Shown: positions 26,133 to 38,805 of the stretch, piece after piece
Position numbering within the stretch: the stretch's first letter is position 1
Layout: every line of letters starts with the position of its first letter
Source of the DNA: Octopus vulgaris
Lineage: Eukaryota
Assembly (NCBI GenBank): GCA_951406725.2
Contig: OX597821.1
Location: forward strand, 33,356,001 to 33,420,000
Length of the DNA stretch: 64,000 bases
Direction: 5' to 3'
Position numbers and translations under genes: made by a program
Notes under the pieces: model-generated
The model's input: only the letters and a program-made list of their open reading frames with translations
What the model was told of the DNA's origin: nothing
The model's database searches: none

Positions 26133-26430
26133 ATAAAATTAGAAAATAACCACCTTTTATCAATTCAAAATGAACAATTAAATTACACCATCCAGAAAAT
26201 TACAAATAATAGAAAAGTTAAAATTAAAATAACAGTTAAATGTAAAGAATAAGTAAAATGCAAAAATAATAATAATATTATATATGTTTTTATTATTATT
26301 TTTGCGTCTTACTTATTCTTTACATTTTATTGTTATTTTAATTTTAACTTTTCTATTATATGAAATTTTCTGGATGGTGTAATTTAATTGTTCATTTTGA
26401 ATTGATAAAAGGTGGTTATTTTCTAATTTT
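26133..26430. repeat. Long near-perfect palindrome (foldback)
   Basis: Arms of about 140 bp (aaaattagaaaataaccacc... / ...ggtggttattttctaatttt), a very short loop and (TA)n flanks. Confidence 0.9.
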
Positions 26431-26739
26431 ATATATATATATATATTAGCAGCAGCAGCATTTAACATCCATATTCCATGCTGGTATGGGTTGGGCAGCT
26501 TGACAGGAACTGGTGAAGCCAGAAGCTGCTCTGGATTCCATAGACTGTTTTGGCTTGGTTTCTATGGCTGCATGCCCTTCCTAATGCCAACTACTTTACA
26601 GAGTGTACTGGGTACTTTTTACATGGAACCTTGGTTTCAAAATCTCAAATCTGTTGTGTTGGGTGGGGTCTCTTCAAGTACAGCATTGCGCCACATATCT
26701 CCGTCCTCTGTCCCTCTCATTTGTAATGTTCAGTGTTTT

Positions 26740-27935
26740 GAGATTGGTCTTTAATACTTTATTACTTCATTTCATGTCTTTCTTGAATCTCCCTCTTCAA
26801 CAACTTCTCTCTTCTTTGAGTAATCAGTGCTTCTTTATGCAACTGTTCTCATCCATCTGCATCACATGACCAAACTAGCACAATCTCCTCTCTTGCACAC
26901 TGCAAATAATTCCTCTAACGCCCAACTTCTCTCTCAATACATCTATGCTCTGTTCTACATGCATACTGATATTGCATATCCAGTGGAGCATACCAACTTT
27001 GTTCTTCTCCAACCTTTGTATGTCCTCTACATTCAGTGCCCACATCTCACCACCATTCAGTTCATACATATGCAGCATACAATTTTCCCTTCATTTGAAG
27101 AGAGACACTTTTGGTTGCCAACAGAGGTAAAAGCTCTCTGAACTTTCTCCATCCTATTCTTATTCTAGCAATTATACCGTCTGTACAACCTCCTTCTTCT
27201 GTTGCTAATTAGGTTACTTTGGTAGCACAAATTATCTACAACTTTCAGAGATCCACCAGGACATTTAAGAAAATCAGTTTCTCATGTTTTTGTCGTAGTT
27301 ATAACTCCCACACATCTTCATTCAAATACTACTTTTGGATCTTTTCGGTTTGAATGGCAGTTTTTTAAAATAATTTCCATGTAACTAAACACTTTTAAAC
27401 TTCGTATACTGGTAGAATGTGTTTATAAAACATCTTTTTCTCTTGGCTTTATTGAGAAAATTCTATAGTTTGTAAGATATTTGTTGTTTTTTTTCTTCAA
27501 TTTCTGCAATTTCAACCAATTTCAACCATTCTGTGCCGTATGAATATGTCCCTCGTTTAAGAAACAGATTGGGTTTATTTATATTTGTGAAGAAAAAAGA
27601 TACCCTTCCCCCCACCCCTAACCCTAACCCTAAAACAGATTGAAATGCAATAGATCGATACTAGGGTCATAATTATGGGTGACAATTTCATATGACACCG
27701 CTAGAAAAAACTGCCATTCAAAACGAAAAGATCCCTACTTTCTCTGTTAACCTTCCTACTATTCCACTGCATCTCTTATGTGTCCATAGCTTGCACTGGG
27801 TACATCAAACAGAATTTCTGCCTATGCATTTCCTACATATTAAGCAGGGCTATTTAGTAGAAGAGTGAAGGATCCTTGCTAAGTTTACTTTAAGAGCCTT
27901 TGATTCTAGGTTCTGTTTCCACACTTGGAATTTAT
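26740..27935 (-). mobile_element. RTE-clade LINE fragment (related family; more pieces at 28480-28745 and 29155-29365)
   Basis: EMWALNVEDIQRLEK...LREKLGVRGI...ERRL is homologous to 22690-23880. KAPGPSGV...YKGKGDALDRSNY is seen at 29155-29365. Confidence 0.8.
27337..27734 (+). mobile_element. GGATC-TIR MITE, copy 3 (inserted in an RTE fragment)
   Basis: Same TIRs. TSD ctactttt/ctactttc. Confidence 0.85.
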
Positions 27936-28759
27936 TTTTTGATTCTGTTTTAGATTCTGCTGTTGGGGCAAGATCATCAACACACAGTAGTTCTCGTGGG
28001 TTTCCAATCTTAAATTCCTGTTATGGTCTGGAGGACGATGGTGAGTAGGTGTGGGCTGAGGACTGACATTTGTTGGAAAGCTACCTGTTTCTTTATTACC
28101 CACAAGGAGCTAAACATAGAGGGGACAAACAAGGACAGACAAATGGATTAAGTCGATTACATCGACCCCAGTGCGTAACTGGTACTTAATTTATCGACCC
28201 CGAAAGGATGAAAGGCAAAGTCGACCTCGGCAGAGTTTGAACTCCGAACGTAATGCCAGACGAAATACGACTACGCATTTTGCTCGGCGTGCTAATGTTT
28301 CTGCCAGCTCGCCGCCTTTTTTTTTATTGTCTTGAGTCAAGATTATTGAAAAGGTTGCAAGATGCAATGAAAATTTTAGGAAAACCTACCATCACACTAA
28401 ATCCATCACTATACTGATGACCAACTCTTACCTTACTAACAGCCCCCCCCCTCCCCCCGTACATGGCCTGTACTGCTTTCACTTATCATTCGTCTATCTC
28501 TAGCTTCCTCAGAGCCCATTGTATCACAGAGCATGGTACTTTGTCAAAGGCTTTCTCTAGATCAACAGATGCCAAGTACAACAGCTTGTTTTTAGCTTAA
28601 TAATTCTCTTTTAGTTGCCTAACTATGAAAATAGCATCCATGGTGCTTCTTCCTGGTACAAAGTCGAATTGCATTTCATTTAGTCTTGTTGTGTTCCTAA
28701 TTAATATATAACTCTCTCCGTAACTTTTATCACTTGGTCCAGCAATTTGATGCCTCTGT

Positions 28760-29150
28760 AATTACTTCTGACCAGAAGAGAATTAATGCATTCGAGCTTT
28801 GGTATTGGAGAAGACTTTTACGGATTCCATGGACAGCGAGGCTCACCAATGGAGAAGTTCTTAAGCAGATCAGGCTGAAAATGTCGCTAGAAGCTGGGAT
28901 CACCAAGCATAGATTGGCATATTTCGGTCATATTATGCGGAGAAAATCCCTGGAGAAGGACATCATGCTTGGAATGGTCAGTGGCAAGAGAGGAAGAGGC
29001 CGACCAAGAACCCGCTGGCTTGACACCATCAAGAGTGATACCGGAATGGACATAGCCAATCTGAAAGAAGCGGCCCAGGATAGAACTGACTGGAGGACAC
29101 TGATCCAACAAGTAACTGAGAGTCGACTTTGACTGAGTGGATAAAGAAGA
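28760..29150 (+). mobile_element. RTE (BovB-like) LINE 3' end
   Basis: RINAFELWYWRRLLRIPWTAR...LAYFGHIMRR.SLEK.IMLG...RGRPRTRWLD, followed by a short repeat tail. Confidence 0.85.
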
Positions 29151-29611
29151 ATAAGAATAATTACTTCTATCTAAGGCATCTCCCTTGCCCTTGTAGCAGC
29201 TGATTATGATGCTACTGCGCCAGTCAATAGGGATTACACCCTCCTGATTAACCATGTGGGTGACTAGACTGTATTCAACTCCACCAGATATCTTAAGCAT
29301 CTTGGCAATAACTCCTGATGGACCAGGGGCCTTCCCTGTCTTCATATCTTTGGTCAAGAGGTCCGTTAATTTGATATATACATACACACACACATCATTA
29401 TTAATGGCGAGCTGGCAGAATTGTTAGCATGCTGGACAAAATGCTTAGCGGTATTTCGCCTGCTACCATGTTCTGAGTTCAAATTCCGCGAAGTTCGATT
29501 TTGCCTTTCATCCTTTTGGGGTTGATAAATTGAGTACTAGTGAAACATTAGGGTCAATATAATCGACTAACCCCCTCCCCACAAATTTCAGGTCTTGTGC
29601 CTATAATAGAA

Positions 29612-29644
<33 letters not shown>

Positions 29645-29647
<3 letters not shown>

Positions 29648-30408
29648 TAGTTTTATTTTTATTTTTATAGCGTGCTTTCACTTCACTACCGAGCACAGCT
29701 CTGTGTGCCTTGGGTATGTGCTGTGATTTGTTGTGATGCTCTGATGGTTATTGTATGGAAAGTGTTCTGCGTAGGATGTGTGCAGTGCCCAGTAGTGCAA
29801 TTTTCTGTATCGTGTTTTGCCGCTATCTGGATCAGTTTTCCTTCCTTCTGAAGTAGATATTTTTGCAGTCCTATGGTGGTTATTTTATAGTAGTTTTCCA
29901 GCTGTATAAGGCCTCTACCACCTTCTATACGTTGTATATATAGTCTTTCTATGTCAGATTTTGGGTGATGCATCCTAGATCCTGTCATTATTTTTCTTGT
30001 TTTCCTGTCTATTTTGGTCAGTTCATTTCGTGTCCAGTTAAGGATATTGTAGCTGTAACTTATAACTGGGACAGCTAAAGTGTTGATACCTATTATCTTG
30101 TTTTTAGCATTGAGCTCTGTGTTTAGTATTGATCTAACTCGTCTATAATATTCTTTTTTTATTTTCTCTTTCATTTGTGTGTGTTGTGTCTTATCTAGTT
30201 CATGGATTCCTAAGTATTTGTAAGTTTGGCTTTGGTCTAATTCTTTTATTTCATTTGCTTCATCTAGTGTGATGTTGTTACTCTTAACTAGTTTTCCTCT
30301 TTTCATGGTTACTTTGGCGCATTTTTCTAATCCAAATTTCATATCTATTTCTTTGGTAAATCCATGAACTGTCTTTAATAGTGTTTCCAGCTGTTTGTCA
30401 TTTGCATA
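29645..30408 (-). mobile_element. R4/Dong-clade LINE fragment within (TAA)n
   Basis: MKFGLEKCAK, YKYLGI, AVPVISYS, IDRKTRK and RLY..R.EGGRGL. Internally deleted. Both flanks are (TAT)n, consistent with the known Dong target. Confidence 0.8.
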
Positions 30409-30426
30409 TTATTATTATTATTATTA

Positions 30427-30461
<35 letters not shown>

Positions 30462-30662
30462 TAATGTTTGACTTTTGCTTTATATTTGTACAAGTTGGCT
30501 CCAAGTCTCACCCAGAGACCTCAAGAGACAACAGGTTGGAAGTTCATGTTGTTGTTATGCCTAGTGTACCATATATTTGTTTTTTTTTTTGTGTGTTGTA
30601 CTAGTGAATGTCTAAAAAAAAACCAAAATTATGTTTGTTTTAAACCTTGGGATTACATAGAA

Positions 30663-30733
<71 letters not shown>

Positions 30734-31147
30734 TATTAAGCAGTGAGCCGGCAGAATCATTAGCATGCCAGGAAAAATGTTTTTGGTTTTTTGTCAAAAT
30801 TTGAAATCATCATTATCATCATCATAATAAAAACCAAAACAAAACCTTGTGAAATATAGCGACCCAAGGATTCCTAACCAAAACATTCATTTATTATGCT
30901 ATTTATCAAGCTAATAAAAACAAGGCAGTTTGGTTTACTGCATTTGATGCAGTCAGCATTTAGATAAACATGTGCATTTACCTGCCTGTTACATGTCGAA
31001 ATAAGTTAATATTTTAACCAGGAAACCCTGGGTAGCCGTATTTCACAAGCCTTATAATCATATCTTTACTCTCTTAACTGACTGAGTGCTATGCTACTTA
31101 TTCAAAATCATACCACACAGTATATATATGTACGTGTATACACACAC

Positions 31148-31189
<42 letters not shown>

Positions 31190-31314
31190 CCCAACTACAT
31201 AGTTCCGGGTTCAGTCCCATTGCATGGCACTTTGGGCAAGCGTCTTCTATAGCCACAGGCCAACCAAAGCCTTGTGAGTGAATTTGGTAGATGGAAACTT
31301 AAAGAAGCCTGTTG

Positions 31315-31349
<35 letters not shown>

Positions 31350-32050
31350 TTGTATGTATATGGTATCTTTGTTTGCCCCACCCCCTATTACTGCTTGAAA
31401 TCCAGTGTTGGTGTGTTTACACCCCTGTAATTTTGCAGCTTGGCGAAGGAGACTGATAGAATAAGTACCAAGAGTCGATTTGTTTGACTAAAACCCTTCA
31501 AAGTGGTGCTCCAGCTCAGCCACAGTCAAATGACTGAAACAAATAAAAGAATAAAAGAAATATATACATACATAATAGGTGCAGTAGTGGCTGTGGGGTA
31601 AGTAGCTCGCTTACCTTTGTTGTGGATAGACGTCTTTTTTCGGCGGTGAGTCAAACGTTTTGTTGTACGTGGATAATTTTTCTATTGTTGAATATTTTCG
31701 TGAACTTTGAAAATTTTTGTGCTTTTTCCTGGTGACGGGAAGGAGTAATTGTTGAGATATTGAAATTATTAATATTATTAATATTGAACTTGTTAAAGCC
31801 ATTGTAGGCTCTATTGTGGCATTCACCCATAGCATGGGTGAGATTTGAACTGTTATCCTCGTGAGAGAAAAAAATATTATAGGTTTCCCTTTTTTTGGGA
31901 TTCTATATTTCATTATTGTGTGGAAAAAATTAATTTCGAACATTGTAGACTTCGTTGCTACGTCTGGCACCCCCAGCGGGAGTGGAATTTGAACTTTGGA
32001 CTAGGAAAACCTTTTCTATAGGTTTCCCAGTTTTGTGGGAAACCAATTTC

Positions 32051-32472
32051 GGATCTTTTTGGTTTGAACGGCAGTTTTTTCTAGCGGTGTCATATGAAAT
32101 TGTCACCCATAATTATGACCCTAGAGTCAATCTATTGCATTTTAATCTCTTTTAGGGTTAGGGTAAGGGTTAGAGGTGGGGGAAAGGTATCTTTTTTTCT
32201 TCACAAATGTAAATTAAACCCAATCTGTTTCTTAAACGAGGGACATATTCATATGGCACAGAATGCTTTTTAACACAATAGACGTCACTGATTGGTTGAA
32301 ATTGCAGAAATTGAAGGAAAAGAACAACAAATATCTTACAAACTATAGAATTTTCTCAATAAAGCCAAGAGAAAAAGATGTTTTATAAACGCATTCTACC
32401 AGTATATGACGTTTAAAATTTTTAGTTACCACGAAGTTATGTTAAAAACTGCCGTTTAAACCGAAAAGATCC
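32051..32472 (-). mobile_element. GGATC-TIR MITE, copy 4
   Basis: Same TIRs. Perfect 8-bp TSD ccaatttc. Confidence 0.88.
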
Positions 32473-32786
32473 CCAATTTCTCTTGAATTATACTTATTTC
32501 AACCATTTCGGTTGAAATCATTTGAGAAAAATGTGCTCTTGTAGAGAGCAATATTGATGTTGGCAATTGTGCCAACACTGTGAAAAAGTTTTCGGCAGTC
32601 GCCGCAGTGGCAACCGAAAATATTGATATTTTGGCAGATATGTTGCAGGAATATTTTAAAAGGATGAAGGAAGAGGGAGGTGATGTTGTGATATCACCCT
32701 CCTCCACTGTGTTAGAAACAATTGGGGTTAGTAGCCCGCGCTCTTAACCACTACGCCATATATGTAAATAATGTCCTAATTATATA

Positions 32787-32832
<46 letters not shown>

Positions 32833-33370
32833 CATTTACTTTTGTTCAGGCAAAGGTCTTGGAAGTGATCTTAAAAGCTCCTATGCTCCTCTTTGTCACC
32901 TACCACCTGTTAATTCCACCTCCCCAGGTAATCTGACAGTATGATTACACAGCATGGAACACCTTTCAGCTTAGAGTAAATATAATAACAATAATAACTT
33001 GTGGATGGAAATTCATATAATTTCATCATGCATATGTTTCTGTACCACTCACATTCATTAGATAACAATTTTCCATATTCGTAAATATCTATGAATTTGG
33101 AATTTTTTCAACTCCATTCCAATGTAGGTGCTTCCACAAGCATCACATTTTCATTTGTGTTTTTGTGTTTTGTCTCTTCGTCTCGTACACAATTGTCTTA
33201 TCATTTAAGTTTGAATCACATCCTTAGCTTAAAATGTATAGAAATTAAGTGACAATAAAACTCAGTTTTGAAATCTCCTGGAGTATAGATAGAAAAGTAT
33301 TTCCATATTTAAACAACAAGCTTATCATTTTATGACTTTATTTAACATATCTCTTTATCAGTGAAAGCAT

Positions 33371-33781
33371 AGGCGCAGGAGTGGCTGTGTGGAAAGTAGC
33401 TTGGTTACCGACCACATGGTTCTGAGTTCAGTCCCACTGCGTGGCACCTTGGACAAGTGTCTTCTACTATAGCCTCGGGCCGACCAAAGACTTGTGAGTG
33501 GATTTGGTAGACGGAAACTGAAAGAAGCCCGTCGTATATATGTATATATATATGTATGTGTGTGTATATGTTTGTGTCTGTGTTTGTCCCACTAGCATTG
33601 CTTGACAACCAATGCTGGTGTATTTATGTCCCTGTCACTTAGCGGTTCAGCAAAAGAGACCGATAGAATAAGTACTAGGCTTACAAAGAATAAGTCCTGG
33701 GGTCGAGTGGCTCGATTAAAGGCGGTGCTCCAGCATGGCCGCAGTCAAATGACTGAAACAAGTAAAAGAGAGTAAAAGAGT
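33371..33781 (+). mobile_element. tRNA-derived CORE-like SINE, family A (representative; about 16 copies, e.g. 3608, 10345-10783, 13220-13625, 14184-14598, 16100-16518, 20440-20850, 31183, 48060-48468, 54849-55245, 56900-57288)
   Basis: A/B-box-like head GGCGCAGGAGTGGCTGTGTGGTAAG...GGTTCAGTCCC, CORE-like GGCACCTTGG.CAAGT, central (TA/TG)n and a (GTAAAAGA)n tail. Confidence 0.85.
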
Positions 33782-33814
33782 ATAGTACTTGATTAACTTG
33801 CTTATTGTAAACTT

Positions 33815-34112
33815 ACTAGCACTATGACCCGGCGTCACCGGGTCATAGTGCTAGTGCATGCATATACAGCTGCGTGCGTGCACATATACACGCAAGTACT
33901 GTCCAAATCTCCAATCAATCTCATACAGCTAGCTGGCATTCAATTGGTGTATCAAGTTTTGGGCATTTTGATTGGGTTTTGGACAGAAAATTCACAAAAA
34001 AGTCACTTCTATTGATTTTTTAATGGTTTTGCGGGGTGACTGGGGAAATGTAAAGATGTGCACGACCACCCTTGGACGGTTTTGAATGACCATATAAAGT
34101 GGGAGCCCTCTA
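33815..34112 (-). mobile_element. Helitron-like 3' end with a perfect 18-bp hairpin
   Basis: ACTAGCACTATGACCCGG-cgtca-CCGGGTCATAGTGCTAGT. CTAG terminus. Confidence 0.55.
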
Positions 34113-35131
34113 ACTGAAAAATTGATAAGAACTACAGACCTATCTCTCTGACCTCACACATCAGTAAGGTCATGGAACGAAGAGTCAGAAGGAAACTAAT
34201 TGCCTTCCTTGAAGAAAATACCTTGCTGCCTGACACCCAACATAGTTTCCGACCAGGAAGAAGCTGCCTAACTCAGCTCCTACAACACTATGACTGGGTG
34301 CTGAAATAACTGCTCAACCACTCAAATGTGGAAGTGATATATCTCGACTTTGCAAAGGCCTTTGATAATGTCGATCATGGAATGATATGTCACAAACTGC
34401 GTGATCTCGGCATAGTTGGAAAATTGGGAGAATGGCTTCATGACTTTCTGAAGGATAGAAGTCAGGTGGTAGTAGCCAATGGGGCCACCTCCATTAACAC
34501 GCAAATAGTGAGCAGTATTCCACAGGGAACTGTTTTGGGACCACTACTGTTCATAATGGCCCTCTCAGACATGCCCTCAGCCACGCAGAGAGCCATTATC
34601 ACAAGTTATGCAGATGATACAAAAGTTTCACAAGCAATACAGAACCCTGAAGACACTAAGCACTTGCAATGTGAGCTGGACAAAATATACAAGTGGGCTG
34701 AAAAGAATAGCATGCAGTTCAATGCTGAAAAGTTTCAAGCTTTATACTATCAGCGTGCAAAACTAAATGCAATACCCAATAAATACACTGGACCTGGAGG
34801 GATTGCAATCCCAGAGGCACAATCAGTGCGAGACCTGGGTATTTACATGAGTAATGATGCAACCTTTCATGTGCATGTTGCTAAATTGGCAATGAAATGT
34901 AGACGGCTGACCAGATGGATTCTTAGAGCCTTTAGAACAAGAGACCAGGAAACCATGATGGTCCTCTGGAGGACACTTGTCCTAAGCCACTTTGACTATT
35001 GCTCTCAACTATGGTCACCATCCAGTGTCAAATTAATCACAGAACTTGAGGCGATCCAACAAAGCTACATGAAGAATGGCGGTGCACCAGCGTGGCCACA
35101 GCTCATGAGCTGAAACTAGATAAAATAAATA

Positions 35132-35135
<4 letters not shown>
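34113..35135 (+). mobile_element. CR1-clade LINE fragment (RT) with internal deletion to the 3' tail
   Basis: NYRPISLTS, QHSFRPGRSC, YLDFAKAFD, PQGTVLGPLLF, YADDTK and RDLG motifs. Tail GGCGGTGCACCAGCGTGGCCACAGCTC...GAAAC. Confidence 0.92.
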
Positions 35136-35185
<50 letters not shown>

Positions 35186-35189
35186 ATAT

Positions 35190-36290
35190 AAACTTAGACT
35201 TAGATAAACTTAGATATGTTTCGACCAAAGATTGGTCCAGGCCATGTCTAACTTAATAGCACCACCTGATAGGATTATTCGAATCCTGTATAAGGCAAGT
35301 TTTGTTTAAGTCAAGTTTTGTTCAAGTAGTGAATTCTTGTTGGGTGAGTTGTATCAAGTTTTGTTCAAGTAGTGAGTTCTTGTTGGGTGAGTTGTATCCA
35401 ATTATGGGTGGCTTATCTGGTATTCTTTGAAAGAATCTATCCAGACTCCGTTTAAAGTTGATGGGATCCTCTTCCTCTTTGATCTCCCTCGGGACAATGT
35501 TAAATAGGGCAGGGCCTGTTGAGGAAAAGAAATTATGTTGCAGTGTACATGTATGTTGTGATCTTGAATTGGGCAGGGGTCGTATGGCCCGTGGTCCCAG
35601 TCTTGGATGAACCTTGAAGCTAATGTTAAGGTCATTTGGGCAAAGTTGGCGGTATATTCTCCACATCGTACAAATGATGAACCGCTCACGGAGACGCTGG
35701 AGGGAGTAAAGTTTCAAGGCTTTAAGGCGATCCCAATAATCGAGAACAGCCATGCCTTCAATTTGTTTAGTGAGTGCCCTCTGGGGAGACTCAATTCTGG
35801 AGATGTTTTGCTTGTATGGGGAGACCACAGTGGGCAGCAGTATTCAAGGTGTGGCCGTACAAGGGAGGAAAAAAGTGGTATGATGACACCTTGTTCTCTG
35901 GACCGGAAAGTTCTTAAGATCCAGGAACTCATCCTACGAGCTATATCGACCTTCTTGTTGATGTGTGCACTCCAACTGAGATCGTCATCAACAATTACAC
36001 CCAGGTCTCTGATATTGTTAGAGGCTGTGAGCAGTTCCCCTGAAGGAAGAGAGTATGGTTGTTTTAGTGAGGAATTTCTTCCAAAATGCATCAGCTCAAA
36101 TTTTCCCTCATTCAGTTGCATTTTGTTTCTGTCTGCCCATTGACTCACAGCATATAGATCAGACTGGAGTTGAGTTCGGTCTGCTTCTTCATTGACGATT
36201 TGCTGGAGCTTAGTGTCATCAGCAAATATTTTCACTTTGCAGTAATGTACGACACTGGAAAGGTCATTTATGTAAATTATGAAGAGTAGC
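35190..36290 (-). mobile_element. Second CR1-clade LINE, 5'-truncated
   Basis: PLLFIIYINDL, FADDTK, RDLGV, RPHLEYCCPLWSP and LYSLQR motifs, one frameshift, and a structured tail near 35215-35270. Confidence 0.92.
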
Positions 36291-36890
36291 GGATTACTGC
36301 TCACAGCTATGGTCACCCACCAGTGTGAAATTAACAGCGGACCTTGAAGCAATCCAGAGAAGATTCACAAAGAAGATCGTCTCTTTGCAACAGCTCAGCT
36401 ACTGGGAAAGGTTGAAACAGCTAAGACTCTACTCCCTGAAGAGAAGACGGGAAAGGTATGCAGTAATATATATCTGGAAGATCCTGGAAGGAATTGTGCC
36501 AAATTTTGGGATTGTAAGCTACACCAATGCTAGAACGGGACGACACTGCATAGTGCCAAAGATCCCAGCATTGCCATCACGCTTCAGGACCAGCTACTGC
36601 AACAGCCTGGGTTTCAAGGGCCCACAGCTTTTTAATATTCTCCCAAAGAGTCTGAGGAACTTGCACAAAGTAGATGTAGCGGTTTTTAAATCAAAGCTGG
36701 ACATCTTCCAGTCAAGAGTCCCAGATGAACCTACCTCACGGCAAGAGGTGCAAATGAGAGTAGCTATGTCAAACTCCATTCTTCACCAAGTGCCACGTAT
36801 TAGGAGGCTCTTTGTAATAACAGTGTAGCACAAAACGGCGGTGCATCAGCATGGCCGCAGCTCTGAGCTGAAACAAGAAAAACGAAAAAA
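36290..36890 (+). mobile_element. Third CR1-clade LINE 3' end
   Basis: DYCSQLWSP...LEAIQRRFTK...YWERLKQLRLYSL.RRRERY...GPQLFNILP, then the shared tail. Confidence 0.9.
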
Positions 36891-36916
36891 TATATATATA
36901 TATACATATATATATA

Positions 36917-37338
36917 TAAATTAATAAATAAATAAAACATATGCATATATACATACATATATGTACGTACCTACCTCTACATGTATATACACATGCATAT
37001 ATGGGTACAGGTCACCAAAAAAACGTTGAACACAATGAGAAACGAGAACATAAACACAAAACCAAGGAAATGGACATTTTTTTAAAACGTGGAGTAGATG
37101 AAATAAAGGCGACTGAAGAAGGGGAATTTTCCTTGTTTTGTATGTCCTGTACTCTATTTTTTCGTTGTTTAAAAAAAAATGTCCATTTCCTTGGTTTTGT
37201 GTTTATGTTTTCGTTTCTCATTGTGTTCAACGTGTTTTTGGTGTCCTGTACCCATATATGCATGTATATATACATGTAGAGGTAGGTACGTACATATATA
37301 TATGTATATATGCATATGTTTTATTTATTTATTAATTT
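36917..37338. repeat. Long inverted repeat (arms about 170 bp, spacer about 80 bp)
   Basis: 36917-37088 is the reverse complement of 37167-37338 with few mismatches. A diverged single arm is seen at about 39290-39500. Confidence 0.9.
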
Positions 37339-37383
37339 CTTACATGACAGAATGCACGCATCCATTTCTAAGTAAGATTGCTC

Positions 37384-37433
<50 letters not shown>

Positions 37434-37459
37434 CATATATACATACATATATGTATTAT

Positions 37460-38805
37460 GGCTGCCCCCTCGTTATCGAGTATGGCCATTGCACGAAGCT
37501 CAACTGTTACTGGTGCTGTGATCGAATGTGACTTTTTAACCCAGCTAAAGATCTACAATGTCTTATACAGAATTGGCAACTAAAACCTTTACCGGTAATA
37601 GCCGGCTGTAGTTGTAACTGGGCTTCATGTACCTTTGCATGTCGTTTAAGTCCTCCTGCCGAATTACACTATCTTCCACATGCCCGACAGATATGATTAG
37701 TATGGTGTGTTACACCACCACGTGGCCACATTGTCACTCATCTGTCTCGCTTTATGACTACGAAGATGACTCTTGAGTCCAGCTTTACTGAGGCAGGGTC
37801 TTGCACAAACATTGCATGTGAGCATCAAAGGAAGACCCTTCCCATCTGGAAGTGTAACAGCGATGCCCTTCCTGACATCCTTCCTTACTTTCTCATGTGC
37901 AACTCGAGATTTCTCAAAAGTGGCTGTCCCCTTGTGCACAATCCTTCTCCACCTGCTACGATCAATAGTTATGCCTTCCCATGTGTCAGGAGAGATGCAA
38001 GCATTTCTTAAGGATGCCTTCAGCAAGTCCTTATACCTCTTTTTTGGTTTATGTGGAGGTCGTTCTCCTTTAGCTAACTCTCCATAAAAGAGTTATTTTA
38101 GCATCCTTGAATCCTTCATCCTGACCACTCCATCTGAGCCTTTGCTTTAACACAAGAGCTTCTATACTTTCACACTGAGAGCCTTCCAATATTTCAAGAT
38201 CACTGATGCGGTCCTTCCAATTAATGCCATAGATCCGTCTGAGGCACATCTGATGGAAATGTTCCAGTTGTTTAAGGTGGTATCGATATGTGACCCACGT
38301 CTCACAGGCATAGAGAAGAGAAGGGAGCACATGCCTTGTACACCTTTATCTTTTTCTTCCTGCATATGTCTCACCGACTCCAGAGGCGTTTTCTAGCCTT
38401 CCGAAAGCAACACTTGGTTTCCTAATTCTATATGGAATTTCATCATCCAAATTGCTATATCTATTAATAGTGCTTCCTAGGTAGAGAAACTGATCAACTA
38501 CATCAAGTCATTTACCATACACCTAGATATTTGGTACACTATACTGCTTACCAGGGGCAGGTTGATGCATAACAAGTTTTCTTGAGATTGACTGTCAATC
38601 CTAAAGCAGTGCAAGCATCAGAGAATGCATTCAAAATGTGTTGCATATCAATCTCTGTGTGTGCTATTAGCTCACAATCATCTGCATACAAAAGGTCTCT
38701 TATGATAGAGGTAAATACCTTTGTTTTTGCAGCAAGGTGCCTGATATTAAATATGCTGCCAGAGGTTCGATAATGGACGTAAACACTGTATCTGCAGTTT
38801 CTGAA
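37460..38805 (-). mobile_element. RTE-type LINE, 5'-truncated
   Basis: [11 protein letters not shown]...DLLYADDC...GLTVNLKKT, LLYACETW, LRWSG and terminal CNVCARPCLSKAGLKSHLRSH. Frameshifted. Confidence 0.88.
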
